60,688 nt of DNA, from IMG/VR virus record IMGVR_UViG_3300013006_000036, positions 1-60,688 of that record. One strand, 5' to 3'. The position numbers and the translations under genes were made by a program. Shown here one piece after another: positions 17,489 through 27,349 of this stretch. This DNA is from a virus. Lineage: Duplodnaviria > Caudoviricetes. Within the stretch, counting starts at the first letter, position 1, and every line of letters begins with the position of its first letter. The notes under the pieces were generated by a model. It saw nothing but the letters and a program-made list of their open reading frames with translations, searched no databases and had not been told where the DNA came from.

Positions 17489-19530
17489 ATAGTACCGAAA
17501 TTCTTAACGACGATAGTTCCTACCATGGCCGCGTGGCTTGCACATTGATATCTGTAATTACCACTGATACTGTCGGGAATTTTCCAATACAACGTTCCTG
17601 ATTGCTTACCCTGTGCGTTTGATCCTGTACTAACTGTACCATCGGTAGCCACATGCACTAACCCTGTATTATAATTTGTACCGGTGTTGTCCTGTATCAA
17701 GAAAGGGTGGCCGCCAGCTCCCATCAAATTAAATGCTATGGTAGTAGCATTGATGGCATATATCGTAGGGTCATCAGTGCTTCCGTATTGATCAAATCTA
17801 TATGCAGTGGCTCCGTTGGCGGTTACTGTCAGCATAGTAATTGCTGGCAGATAAATTTTATCCACAGTTAATGAAGCAGAACTTGCATCACTAAGTCCTG
17901 TGAATGCTGTAGCGCCTGCCGACACCGTGCTGGTTACAGTTATAGTATCGGTGCTGGCATCGGTGGTGATCGAGATTCCTGTGCCTGCGGCTATAGTAAG
18001 AGTGTCAGTGGCCGAATCTGCTACAACGTTTGATTGACCAGCTACCGCTATAGTAGCAAAGCTATCTGATGCCGTTCCGCCGCCGGCAGCAGCGATAGTT
18101 ATGGTGTCTGTGCTGGCGTTTGTTGTTATAGTTATATTCGAGCCAGCTACTAAGGTTAATGTATCTGTAGCTGAATCAGCTACCACGCTAGATTGTCCTG
18201 CAACAGCTATGGTAGCAAAACTGTCTGATGCTGTACCACCACCCGACACAGTGGCCCACGTATTATCGCCTCTCAGGTACGTAGTAGCATCTCTAGTACC
18301 CGATACTCCTAATCTTAAAACAGGCACAGTGCCGCTGGTAAGTTCAGTTGCATTTAACGCAGTAAGATTAGTGCCGCTGGCCGCTGGTAATGTTGCAGGT
18401 AGTGCCGTGAGATTTACTCCGCTTACTGCAGGTAGTGTAGCTGGGAATCGTGCATTCGGTATGGTGCCTGAAGTTAATTCAGTGGCGTTTAAGGCAGTGA
18501 GCGATGCACCACCGCCACTAAAGTTGGTAGCTGTGAGTAGTCCACCGTCTGATATAGTTGCCGAACTGTTCTGTATAATAGTACCTGTGGTACCATCATA
18601 GCGTATGATAGCATTATCTACATATCCACCGCCCGAGCTTAGTACGTCTCCTGTTCCTGCTCCCGAAGCTCCTTGGGGACCTTGGGGACCTTGGGGACCT
18701 GGAACTCCCACAGCACTGGTCTGCTGATAAGTGCCGTCTGGAAATACAATAGCGTTTCCAACTACAATATCACTGTCAAAAGATACTGTAGGAGTGAATG
18801 TGATGGTAGAACTATCTGCGGAATCTATAGTAGTTCCCACAAAAGTGATGCTACCTGTGCTGGTAGTTGAATTAATTGTTATAGTATCTGTGCCAGCATT
18901 AGTAGTAATAGTAATATTAGAACCAGCAACCAGTGTAAGTGTGTCGGCAGTGGAGTCGGCCACAACAGTGGGCTGTCCAGCTACAGATATGGTACTAAAT
19001 GTGTTAGGCAGACTGCTTTCTGCGGCTACTGGCACCCAAGCTCCTGCATGAGCATAATACAGTTTGCCGGTGTCATGAACATGAGCTACCATACCGTGAT
19101 AATCTACAGGAGATACCTCGGCTGTAAGATCTGCTAGAGTATCCCAATGAAACCTAATACGATTTTTTTGACCTGTGATATCAATCACGCCCGATAACAC
19201 CAGCGTGTTAGTAGAGTCATCTAACCACGTTAACGCAGTCAAGTCGTTGACTTGAGATCCATTCGACGGATAATAGGCTATTTTTCCAGCCACCCCCGAT
19301 TGTACTCCACCGCTAAATCCTGCTGAAGTTGCTTTGGCTAAGAAATCTGCATTAGACACATTGGTAAGACTGGCTTTGGCTAATGGAATTCCGCCTTGTC
19401 CGGATCCGTTAAACAGCCTAAGAGTATCAGCATCTCTGTCATAAAAAATTTCTCCGGAGGCACCGGTTTTTCGATTGAGGTAGTCGCTTTCTCTTGGAGT
19501 AATTCTTAAATTTTTTATAGGTACTGACAT
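17485..19530 (-). CDS. Tail fibre-like protein with collagen segment, internal repeats and C-terminal cupredoxin-like domain
   Basis: Mtd-N-like GEIFYD..TLRLFNG; GPQ x3; three F.TI.VAGQ..VVADS..DTLT repeats; LTALNATELTSGT x2; C-terminal HPF...YQCASHAAMVG. Confidence 0.82.
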   Translation of the reverse strand: MSVPIKNLRITPRESDYLNRKTGASGEIFYDRDADTLRLFNGSGQGGIPLAKASLTNVSNADFLAKATSAGFSGGVQSGVAGKIAYYPSNGSQVNDLTALTWLDDSTNTLVLSGVIDITGQKNRIRFHWDTLADLTAEVSPVDYHGMVAHVHDTGKLYYAHAGAWVPVAAESSLPNTFSTISVAGQPTVVADSTADTLTLVAGSNITITTNAGTDTITINSTTSTGSITFVGTTIDSADSSTITFTPTVSFDSDIVVGNAIVFPDGTYQQTSAVGVPGPQGPQGPQGASGAGTGDVLSSGGGYVDNAIIRYDGTTGTIIQNSSATISDGGLLTATNFSGGGASLTALNATELTSGTIPNARFPATLPAVSGVNLTALPATLPAASGTNLTALNATELTSGTVPVLRLGVSGTRDATTYLRGDNTWATVSGGGTASDSFATIAVAGQSSVVADSATDTLTLVAGSNITITTNASTDTITIAAAGGGTASDSFATIAVAGQSNVVADSATDTLTIAAGTGISITTDASTDTITVTSTVSAGATAFTGLSDASSASLTVDKIYLPAITMLTVTANGATAYRFDQYGSTDDPTIYAINATTIAFNLMGAGGHPFLIQDNTGTNYNTGLVHVATDGTVSTGSNAQGKQSGTLYWKIPDSISGNYRYQCASHAAMVGTIVVKNFGTI
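18671..18697 (-). repeat. Perfect 9-bp tandem repeat x3 encoding collagen-like GPQ triplets
   Basis: CCTTGGGGA occurs three times in tandem on the + strand. Confidence 0.92.
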
Positions 19531-19593
19531 GGGAATCCAATTAACATATACATATATTTATGACAAAATTTACTTTGGGTTATCATAGCATAT

Positions 19594-20211
19594 CTATGAA
19601 TTAATGTTTCCAAATGTAAAAAATTTTGTAAGAGTAAAGTTTATAAAATTTGCCGACAAAATTACCCTGTCTTCAAAGCTGCAATTTTTTTCAGACTTAT
19701 GCATCATCCATCCTGGAAAAAACAGAATCTCTCCCTGTTTTACTGGAACTGAATAGTACTCTTGCAGTGAACTAGTTTCATGCAGATTTTTAAGAGCATA
19801 ATGCGGATCTTGAAATTGAGTAAATCCTGATTGATCTGGTAAAGAAATATATGCTACACAACTTATCGAGCTGAATCCGTGATTATGCGGAACAGTTTCT
19901 CCGGTATGTCCGTGCCGATTTATCCAACTATTGCCTATATAAAATTGATTGCTGGTGTCTAGATTCCATTGCTTTAATATATGATTGCTTTTTTCTTCCA
20001 TCCACTTAAAGAAATCTATGAAGGCCGGGTGTCTATGTGGTGCATTATTTTGATTGTCCACTGTGCTTTGAGCATCGCCTATTTCTAAGTTGGTGTTTAA
20101 GTCTGTGGCAGCATGTAACATTTCATAAGCGGCAGCAAGATGCTTATCTGTAAATTCAAAATGATCTCGAAAAATTACTGGCGGAAAGGGAGATACTGGG
20201 CTAAGACTCAT
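19594..20211 (-). CDS. Putative 2OG-Fe(II) oxygenase (TIGR02466-like)
   Basis: SWIN, HNH, FFPGWMMH and DRVILSAN motifs. Confidence 0.85.
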   Translation of the reverse strand: MSLSPVSPFPPVIFRDHFEFTDKHLAAAYEMLHAATDLNTNLEIGDAQSTVDNQNNAPHRHPAFIDFFKWMEEKSNHILKQWNLDTSNQFYIGNSWINRHGHTGETVPHNHGFSSISCVAYISLPDQSGFTQFQDPHYALKNLHETSSLQEYYSVPVKQGEILFFPGWMMHKSEKNCSFEDRVILSANFINFTLTKFFTFGNINS

Positions 20212-20798
20212 AGATATAATTGTGTTAATGGCAAATTGTTGATTTTCCCCTTAACAAAAGTGTTGAAGCTTAGAGTAATTCTAGGTTCATTTCCGTGATA
20301 GGGTTCTACCAAATGCTCTACGTTAGAAGGAAAAATTATAATGTTGCCAGCAGTTGATTGAAAAGACCAACTTTTTGAATTGTATATCGATGCATCAATC
20401 ACTTGAAATTCTAAAGTATCATATTGACTAGTTATTAATTTTAAGTGTCCCGAATCAGCATCGCCAGATAATGTTACTACACCCGATAATATCGAATTTG
20501 GATGCCAGTGCCTATGATGACTTTGGCCTGCTTCGGTTTTATTCAGCCATGATTCTGTAATATAAATTTCAGTATCTGTAGATACTCGCATAACACCGTA
20601 AAAATAATCAGCAAGTTTATTTCCTATCTCGTCTAGCATATTTTTGAAAGGCTCTGTGCTTAAAATATTTTGACTTTCGCTAATCCAATTTTGATAGTTT
20701 CTTGCCCATTTTACAGATGATAAGTCGACGTCCACACTTGTTATTTTAGATGTTAATATAGGTTTTGAAAAGAGGGGTATGAGTTCGTCATGATTCAT
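20208..20798 (-). CDS. Putative 2OG-Fe(II) oxygenase (TIGR02466-like)
   Basis: ESWLN, HWHPNSILSGV, IFPS..EH.V and RITLSFN motifs. ATG at 20798 preferred over the track start 20840. Confidence 0.85.
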   Translation of the reverse strand: MNHDELIPLFSKPILTSKITSVDVDLSSVKWARNYQNWISESQNILSTEPFKNMLDEIGNKLADYFYGVMRVSTDTEIYITESWLNKTEAGQSHHRHWHPNSILSGVVTLSGDADSGHLKLITSQYDTLEFQVIDASIYNSKSWSFQSTAGNIIIFPSNVEHLVEPYHGNEPRITLSFNTFVKGKINNLPLTQLYL

Positions 20799-20854
20799 GT
20801 TAAAGTACCGAGTAATATGATATATAGTGTTAGTAAACAATTTAAGTGGGATTT

Positions 20855-21424
20855 ATGAAAATACAAAAAGATATAGCAACTTGGGAAAATTTAATTGATG
20901 TCACCGAGTGCAATGATATTATAGCTAGATATCACGCCTTGGAAAATTTGCAATTGTCTTTTCCCAGATTTGAATCGCCCGGTCATATTAAACAGGATAG
21001 GGCTGTATTTGTATTATCAGATGATTCTATGCGACTGACTCCAGACCTCACGATACTGCATCCATTCTTAAAGAAATTTTGGATCTGCTGGGAATCATAT
21101 CTCAAACATTATAGTGTATTAGCTGAAACAGGCAAGCATTTTGTAAGATCCATGAAAATACAAAAAACATTACCCAGTGAAGGCTATCATATTTGGCATT
21201 TTGAATCAGACGGTCTAGAAAGATGTTCTCGAATAGCTGCCTGGTCTTTGTATCTCAATACAGTAGAAGAGGGAGGAGAGACCGAATGGTTGTATCAAAG
21301 CATTCGGATACCTGCCACGGTTGGCACATTAGCTATATGGCCAGCTACTTATACACATGCTCATAGAGGAAATCCTCCATTAGCAGGAGAAAAATATCTA
21401 CTTACAGGTTGGATCGAGTGGTAA
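20855..21424 (+). CDS. 2OG-Fe(II) oxygenase, prolyl-4-hydroxylase-like phage family
   Basis: GYHIWHFE, LYLNTVEEGGETEW, WPA.YTH.HRGNPP and KYLLTGW motifs. ATG at 20855; the track start 20846 is GTG. Confidence 0.9.
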   Translation: MKIQKDIATWENLIDVTECNDIIARYHALENLQLSFPRFESPGHIKQDRAVFVLSDDSMRLTPDLTILHPFLKKFWICWESYLKHYSVLAETGKHFVRSMKIQKTLPSEGYHIWHFESDGLERCSRIAAWSLYLNTVEEGGETEWLYQSIRIPATVGTLAIWPATYTHAHRGNPPLAGEKYLLTGWIEW

Positions 21425-22027
21425 ATGGAAGTAATAAAACTATTTCCTATAGAATTTTTTAGATTTACTAACCAACAATTTTGCTCTTTGGAGATTGTTG
21501 ACTACATCCAGTCACTAAATGTTTCTCCAAAATTTAGTAGTAATATAAGCTATCAAATTCCGTTACATCGAGATCAAAAACTTGCTGGATTATTTGATTG
21601 GTTTCATATTTGTCTAGAACAGATTAGAGATACACAAAAATATGATTGCGATAAATTTAATATTAGTTCTAGTTGGTATAATCAGAGTTTGAAAAATCGA
21701 GGCATGCATCAAACATATCACAAACACACCAATAGTTTTTTTAGTGGAATCTATTATCTATCTGGTGGGTCTCCTACAGTATTTGAGGATCCTGTTATTC
21801 CACGAACCATGACACAGTTAGAGGTGTTAAGGAAAGATCATTCGCCTTTTGAAAGAACCATGGCGGTTCCGGGAAGTTTGATTATTTTTCCTAGTTATGT
21901 ATTTCATCATTCTCCGCCTCACGTAGAAAACTTTGATAGGCATGTTATTAGCTTTAATGTATTGCCCACCGGCAAAATTAATTCAAGTGCCGATGCAGAT
22001 GCATCTATAATTTTGGAGTTACAATGA
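21425..22027 (+). CDS. Putative 2OG-Fe(II) oxygenase (TIGR02466-like)
   Basis: SWYN, HKHTNSFFSGIYY, IFPSYVFH and RHVISFN motifs. Confidence 0.85.
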   Translation: MEVIKLFPIEFFRFTNQQFCSLEIVDYIQSLNVSPKFSSNISYQIPLHRDQKLAGLFDWFHICLEQIRDTQKYDCDKFNISSSWYNQSLKNRGMHQTYHKHTNSFFSGIYYLSGGSPTVFEDPVIPRTMTQLEVLRKDHSPFERTMAVPGSLIIFPSYVFHHSPPHVENFDRHVISFNVLPTGKINSSADADASIILELQ

Positions 22028-23490
22028 TCAACACACTGGGAATATTAGGAGCAGGAAACGCAGGATTGATATCAGCATTGATGCTGAGAGCGTGTTTTAC
22101 TGATTTGCCAATTACTGTGATCAAATCTACTAAAATTGGAGCTATCGGAGTGGGCGAAGGATCAAATGAACACTGGACAGAGTTTTCGAGACTTGTTAAT
22201 ATATCTGTAAATGATATTATTGTAAATGCTGGCGCAACATTCAAACACGGAATAAAATTTGTAAACTGGAAAAATGGCAATGATACGTTTTATCATAGCT
22301 TGCCCGAGTGGTTTGTTTCTCAAGATACCTATACCGGCTTGCCGTTTACTCTTATGAATTTTGTGGCTAACAACATAGAACCAAAAAAAATTGTTTATGA
22401 TCTAGCACTCGAAGGTAAGATTGCAGGCCCGTTAGGTGCAGGAGTAGGTCAATTTCACTTTGACACATTTAAATTAAATGTTTTTTTAGAAAAATTATGT
22501 ATTGATCGCAACATTAAAATTATAGAAGACACAGTTGTTAGAGTCAAATTAGATGAATCAGGCAATGTAGATAGCCTTATAGGCGAAGAATATAATCATC
22601 AATTTGAATTTTATATTGACACAACCGGATTTGAAAGAGTTATACATAAACAGCTAGGTAGTAAATGGATATCGTATCAAAATCATTTACCAACAAATTC
22701 AGCGATAGCATTTCCATCACCCTTGGATAAAAAAATAAGCACGTTCACTACAGCCGTTGCCAGAAAGCACGGTTGGAGTTGGCAAGCACCAGTGCAAGAA
22801 AGATACGGAAACGGATATGTTTTTAACAACAACTTTGCCAATGTCAACACTGTGCTCGATGAATTGCAGAAAGAGTATAAAGATAAAATTAAAATAGCAA
22901 AAGTAATTGATTTTACCCCAGGTAAAGTAGATAAATTTTGGATTAAAAATTGTGTGGCGGTTGGATTATCTGGAAGTTTTATCGAACCTTTAGAAGCAAG
23001 TAGTATAGGGGCTACTATAAATCAAATAAAATGTCTAGCGAGTTCTCTAGTGTGTTGGTCGAAAGGGGATCAGTTTATAGAAAGAAAGTATAACAAAACT
23101 TTTGATAGAGTATATGAAAATATTTTAGATTTTGTACAACTACATTATCTAGGTCAGCGAAAAGACACAGAGTTTTGGCGCTGGTGCAAGAACGATATGA
23201 TACTGACTGATTTCAATCGCGAAACCATTGACTATTTTAAAGACAACTTTGTAAGTTGGAATTTCTTTCATGAAAACAATTATGAATTATTCGACGAACT
23301 AGATTGGATACAGGTCATGCACGGTCTTGGCTTATTCAATAATGAAAAAATAAAAGAAAAATATTTGACTAATTTCCGGGTTTGGCAAAAAGTAACTGAA
23401 GAAGAGCTAAGTAGAGTACCGTCAGAAAAAACTTGGCAATTTCTTTCCCAAGAAAAAACTATAGAGCTTATTAAACAACAATACACATGA
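22024..23490 (+). CDS. Flavin-dependent tryptophan-halogenase-like protein 1
   Basis: GAGNAG FAD motif, GVGEGS, ATFKHGIKF (PrnA K79-equivalent), WSWQAP (variant WxWxIP) and FIEPLEAS. Confidence 0.9.
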   Translation: MINTLGILGAGNAGLISALMLRACFTDLPITVIKSTKIGAIGVGEGSNEHWTEFSRLVNISVNDIIVNAGATFKHGIKFVNWKNGNDTFYHSLPEWFVSQDTYTGLPFTLMNFVANNIEPKKIVYDLALEGKIAGPLGAGVGQFHFDTFKLNVFLEKLCIDRNIKIIEDTVVRVKLDESGNVDSLIGEEYNHQFEFYIDTTGFERVIHKQLGSKWISYQNHLPTNSAIAFPSPLDKKISTFTTAVARKHGWSWQAPVQERYGNGYVFNNNFANVNTVLDELQKEYKDKIKIAKVIDFTPGKVDKFWIKNCVAVGLSGSFIEPLEASSIGATINQIKCLASSLVCWSKGDQFIERKYNKTFDRVYENILDFVQLHYLGQRKDTEFWRWCKNDMILTDFNRETIDYFKDNFVSWNFFHENNYELFDELDWIQVMHGLGLFNNEKIKEKYLTNFRVWQKVTEEELSRVPSEKTWQFLSQEKTIELIKQQYT

Positions 23491-24983
23491 TAAATTCACT
23501 TTGCATCCTAGGAGGTGGCAGCAGCGGCCTAATTGCGGCGTTGATGTTTCGCAAAGCATATCCTAAGTTAAAAATTACCATAATCGAATCCTCGAAGATC
23601 GGCATTGTCGGTGTTGGGGAAGGTACCACAGAACACTGGAGATTCTTTGTAGAATATTGCGATATTCCCCTCCACGAATTATTTGAACAAACGGGAGCCA
23701 CATTTAAAATTGGAATAAAATTTACCAATTGGCATGGAGATGGCACTCATTATTTCCATAGCCTCTTACAAGACTATGGAGGAGTTGATCCCAAAAGCGA
23801 CATTGCATATACATGGTTCAAAATGATAGGAGAAAAGTGGGACCCGCTACACACATTAGGTGATGGCAGTCAAAAATCAAGACATTACGAGCCATTGCAC
23901 AATAATATCAACCAGTTCCATTTTGATACTGTAAAATTGAATAGCTTTTTGCATAACAAATGTGTTGAGCGAGATATTGCAGTAATTGACAGCGTAATTA
24001 AAGAAGTAAAATTAGATCAGAACGGATACATTAGTAGCCTCGTTGACGCTGCTGATCAAGAGCATGTTTATGACTTTTACATCGACTGTTCTGGGTTTAA
24101 AAGAGTTATCGGTGATCAGTTGGGATTATCATGGGTTGACAAGAGTGAATTCCTTCCCATGAACAGTGCTATAGCATTTCAAACTCCATATCAAGAAGAT
24201 ATTCCGTCATATACAGAAGCAACAGCGTTGAGCAGCGGTTGGAGCTGGAGGATACCTACTCAGGAAAGATTCGGAAACGGATATGTGTATTGCAATAGTT
24301 TTATCAATGACGATGCAGCTATTTTAGAAATTACAGAACATTACAAGAGTCATTTAGGAATAAGTGATATTGCAATAGGAAAGAAATTTAAATTCACAGC
24401 AGGACATGTAGATAAATTCTGGGTTAAAAATTGTGCAGTCATTGGTCTTAGCGGTATATTCGTTGAGCCTTTAGAAGCCAGCAGTATTGGTACAACCATA
24501 CAGCAATGTGCCAATCTTGTATCATCAATGCCCCATTTTACAAAGGGTCAAGAAGCTACCGCAAGTCAATATAATAAATTAATGACCAAAGTTGCAGAAA
24601 ATATTATAGATTTTATACAATTACATTATTTTACTCAACGATCAGACAGTGAATTTTGGAATTGGTGTAAAAACTCAATACGAGTCACAGATTTTAATCA
24701 AGAAAATTTAGATTATTTTAAAAAAAATAACGTAGATAACAATTTTTTTAGAGAACCTCTGCTGTTGTTTAAAACGCTTAACTTCATGCAGGTAATGCAT
24801 GGGCTGAGATTAATTGACAATCAGCATTCGTTAAAAGTATACAACGACCATTTAAGAGAAAAGTACGACGGCGAAGTTGAAAAAATGCTGATTTTAAATG
24901 CTGACTTAACAGAATCTATACCGCACCGTCAATGTATTGAAATTCTCAAAAAAAGAATTCCATTGATAAAATATAAATTTTAA
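23487..24983 (+). CDS. Flavin-dependent tryptophan-halogenase-like protein 2
   Basis: GGGSSG, GVGEGT, ATFKIGIKF, canonical WSWRIP and FVEPLEAS. Confidence 0.92.
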   Translation: MINSLCILGGGSSGLIAALMFRKAYPKLKITIIESSKIGIVGVGEGTTEHWRFFVEYCDIPLHELFEQTGATFKIGIKFTNWHGDGTHYFHSLLQDYGGVDPKSDIAYTWFKMIGEKWDPLHTLGDGSQKSRHYEPLHNNINQFHFDTVKLNSFLHNKCVERDIAVIDSVIKEVKLDQNGYISSLVDAADQEHVYDFYIDCSGFKRVIGDQLGLSWVDKSEFLPMNSAIAFQTPYQEDIPSYTEATALSSGWSWRIPTQERFGNGYVYCNSFINDDAAILEITEHYKSHLGISDIAIGKKFKFTAGHVDKFWVKNCAVIGLSGIFVEPLEASSIGTTIQQCANLVSSMPHFTKGQEATASQYNKLMTKVAENIIDFIQLHYFTQRSDSEFWNWCKNSIRVTDFNQENLDYFKKNNVDNNFFREPLLLFKTLNFMQVMHGLRLIDNQHSLKVYNDHLREKYDGEVEKMLILNADLTESIPHRQCIEILKKRIPLIKYKF

Positions 24984-24992
24984 CAGATAATT

Positions 24993-26543
24993 ATGAAAAA
25001 AATAGTCATATTAGGAGGAGGAACTGCGGGATGGGTAACTGCACTGTACATTCAACGCTACTGGCCCAAACTTGCTATCACAGTAATTGAAGATCCCAAT
25101 AGACCCCCAATCATAGCAGGGGAAAGTGGTAACACACTGTTCACTGATTTTTTAAATAGAATAAACATAAACAAAGATGATTTTATCAAGGCTACAAATG
25201 CAACACCTAAACTGGGCGGAAGATTCACTGACTGGAATGGTATTGGCACAGAATTTCTTCATGTTATGCAAACTGATCATTCACCGTGGTTAGATAATTG
25301 GGACAAATTCTTAGAAAATTCTCCAACTCTTGATATTGCGTTGAATAAAGTGTTTGCTGAAAGAATACGTAGTACGTATTTAAAAACAGTGGTGGCCAAT
25401 GATGTTCCATTGCATCATATGTTTCATTCCGGTGAATTTATAAGACAAAATAAAGTTCCACTTGGTAGTTATAGTCAATTACCCTGTGTTCCTATGTGGC
25501 ATTTTGACAGTCGTGCAGGTGCATTGTGGTTTAAAGACATCGGATTAAAACGAAATTTAGAAGTGATCCTTGGTGAATATGTGGACGGTGAGCGAGACAT
25601 TGACGGTGCCGTGACTAAAATTATTTTAAAAGACGGTAGGAAAATTGAAGGAGATTGGTTCTTCGATTGCTCTGGTTTTTCTAGATTGCTTATCAACAAA
25701 TTATTGAAAGTTGAGCAAATTGATCTCAGTGAAAATTTTCCTGCAAGAAGTGTGGTGGCTTGGTGGTCAGACTCAGTACCGTCTCTAACTACCAATGCTA
25801 TTGCTATGCAACACGGATGGTCGTGGAATATAAATCTAAGGCACAGATCAGGAAACGGCTATATCTTTGATCCGGACTGTACTACATTAGATCAAGCCAT
25901 TGATGAAGCATCAACTAGATTCAATAAAAAAATAGAACCGGTGGCAAACTTTACCTATACTCCGGGAATATCTAAATTACACTGGAAAAATAATGTTATT
26001 GCAGTCGGACTAAGTTCTGGATTTCTTGAACCGCTAGAAGCCAACGGGGTTGCAGTTATAATAGAAGCCATGTATGCATTATCGGATCATTGGCAGCCTG
26101 ATAAATCAACAAAAGAACAGTCACAACAAATTGAAAAATTTAATAATAGAATGTTTATGATCTATAACGATATCAAAGATTTCTTAGCCCTGCATTACAG
26201 AGGAAAAAGAAACGATAGCGAATATTGGAAAAAATTAAAGGATCCGCATACTATTCCAGATTCTTTAAAAGAAAAGCTTCAAGCCTGGGAAGAATTTTAT
26301 TACAAAGACGGTATTGAACCCCAGTGTTTGGGATATTCCGAGGCCGCTTGGTTGATGGTATTACAGGGTTTAGAGTGTTTTGATCACTCAGTGCTACAGC
26401 AGCGGCTGGCTGCTCGTTCTCAAGAAACTTCCGGAATAGAAATCATAAATAAGAGTAGAACATATTACAAACAGCTGGTTGATCCATTTTATACACTAGA
26501 CGAATGGATGGAAAAATCGGCTGTTAACAACAAGGAGCATTAA
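24993..26543 (+). CDS. Flavin-dependent tryptophan-halogenase-like protein 3
   Basis: GGGTAG, AGESG, ATPKLGGRF, WSWNINL (variant) and FLEPLEANG. Confidence 0.9.
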   Translation: MKKIVILGGGTAGWVTALYIQRYWPKLAITVIEDPNRPPIIAGESGNTLFTDFLNRININKDDFIKATNATPKLGGRFTDWNGIGTEFLHVMQTDHSPWLDNWDKFLENSPTLDIALNKVFAERIRSTYLKTVVANDVPLHHMFHSGEFIRQNKVPLGSYSQLPCVPMWHFDSRAGALWFKDIGLKRNLEVILGEYVDGERDIDGAVTKIILKDGRKIEGDWFFDCSGFSRLLINKLLKVEQIDLSENFPARSVVAWWSDSVPSLTTNAIAMQHGWSWNINLRHRSGNGYIFDPDCTTLDQAIDEASTRFNKKIEPVANFTYTPGISKLHWKNNVIAVGLSSGFLEPLEANGVAVIIEAMYALSDHWQPDKSTKEQSQQIEKFNNRMFMIYNDIKDFLALHYRGKRNDSEYWKKLKDPHTIPDSLKEKLQAWEEFYYKDGIEPQCLGYSEAAWLMVLQGLECFDHSVLQQRLAARSQETSGIEIINKSRTYYKQLVDPFYTLDEWMEKSAVNNKEH

Positions 26544-26720
26544 ATGTCGGATAATTTAAAAACATATGAGATTTTTTTACGAGAGTCTTTGACTTCTCTT
26601 AAAATTGTAAGAGAAACATGTCAAGCAGCAAATATCAAAGAAGCTCAAGCACACTTTCAAGCAACTTACGGAAACGGAAGAACTGTTGCAGGCCCGAATT
26701 TAGTCAAACAATCTAACTAA
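26544..26720 (+). CDS. Small hypothetical protein (58 aa), absent from the ORF track
   Basis: AAGGAG at 26532-26537, then an ATG reading MSDNLKTYEIFLRESLTSLKIVRETCQAANIKEAQAHFQATYGNGRTVAGPNLVKQSN*; fills the intergenic gap exactly. Confidence 0.72.
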   Translation: MSDNLKTYEIFLRESLTSLKIVRETCQAANIKEAQAHFQATYGNGRTVAGPNLVKQSN

Positions 26721-27349
26721 ATTTTTCCAGCTTGCTTGTCAGCAGCAATAACTCTAGCTACTTCTGTTCTTACTGCAGGGCCGACATAGTCATAGGGTAA
26801 TCCTAGACTTGGCCTTGTATCCCATTTTAACCAAGATAAATTTCCTGCAACTTTTACATACTGTAAAAAACATTGTATTTGTTTTTTTCCGGTAAATTCG
26901 TTGCGCCAATGTTCTTGAGCGTTGCCTTTATAAATTACAATATCCCCTTCATTGAGACTAATTTCGTGAGTCACACCTTGCTCTGATTTAATAAACAACG
27001 GCCAATCTACTTGATCTTTTTGTATACATACACTTATGCTTATTTCGCTGCTTGATCGATCGAAATGAGGATCTAATCTACTACCAGTGTAATAAATCCT
27101 TGCATAAGAATAAACCGGATATAATTTTTCACCTACTATATTTTCTATCACAGGTAATAGATAAACAGATAGTGCTTCAAAACACAGAGGAGCATACCGT
27201 GCGAATGAATTGGGCGATCCGTCAGCCATTGATGTATTTGGATATATCACAGAGCAACACGATTCCTGCATTTCGTATTGTATTGCACACAGCTTGCATA
27301 TTTCGGCAGGAACTGCACCGGATAAAAGTTTATAATCTTCTTGCATCAT
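26717..27349 (-). CDS. 2OG-Fe(II) oxygenase (PKHD-like phage family)
   Basis: YSYARIY..G..L..HFDR..EIS, GD..IY.G..EHWR and QCFLQY motifs. An ATGA overlap supports the start at 27349. Confidence 0.85.
   Translation of the reverse strand: MMQEDYKLLSGAVPAEICKLCAIQYEMQESCCSVIYPNTSMADGSPNSFARYAPLCFEALSVYLLPVIENIVGEKLYPVYSYARIYYTGSRLDPHFDRSSSEISISVCIQKDQVDWPLFIKSEQGVTHEISLNEGDIVIYKGNAQEHWRNEFTGKKQIQCFLQYVKVAGNLSWLKWDTRPSLGLPYDYVGPAVRTEVARVIAADKQAGKI

Noticed and set aside
17900-19020. CRISPR-like or mobile-element repeats
   Set aside because: The repeats are degenerate, in-frame protein repeats of the fibre; there are no constant repeats with unique spacers and no cas genes.
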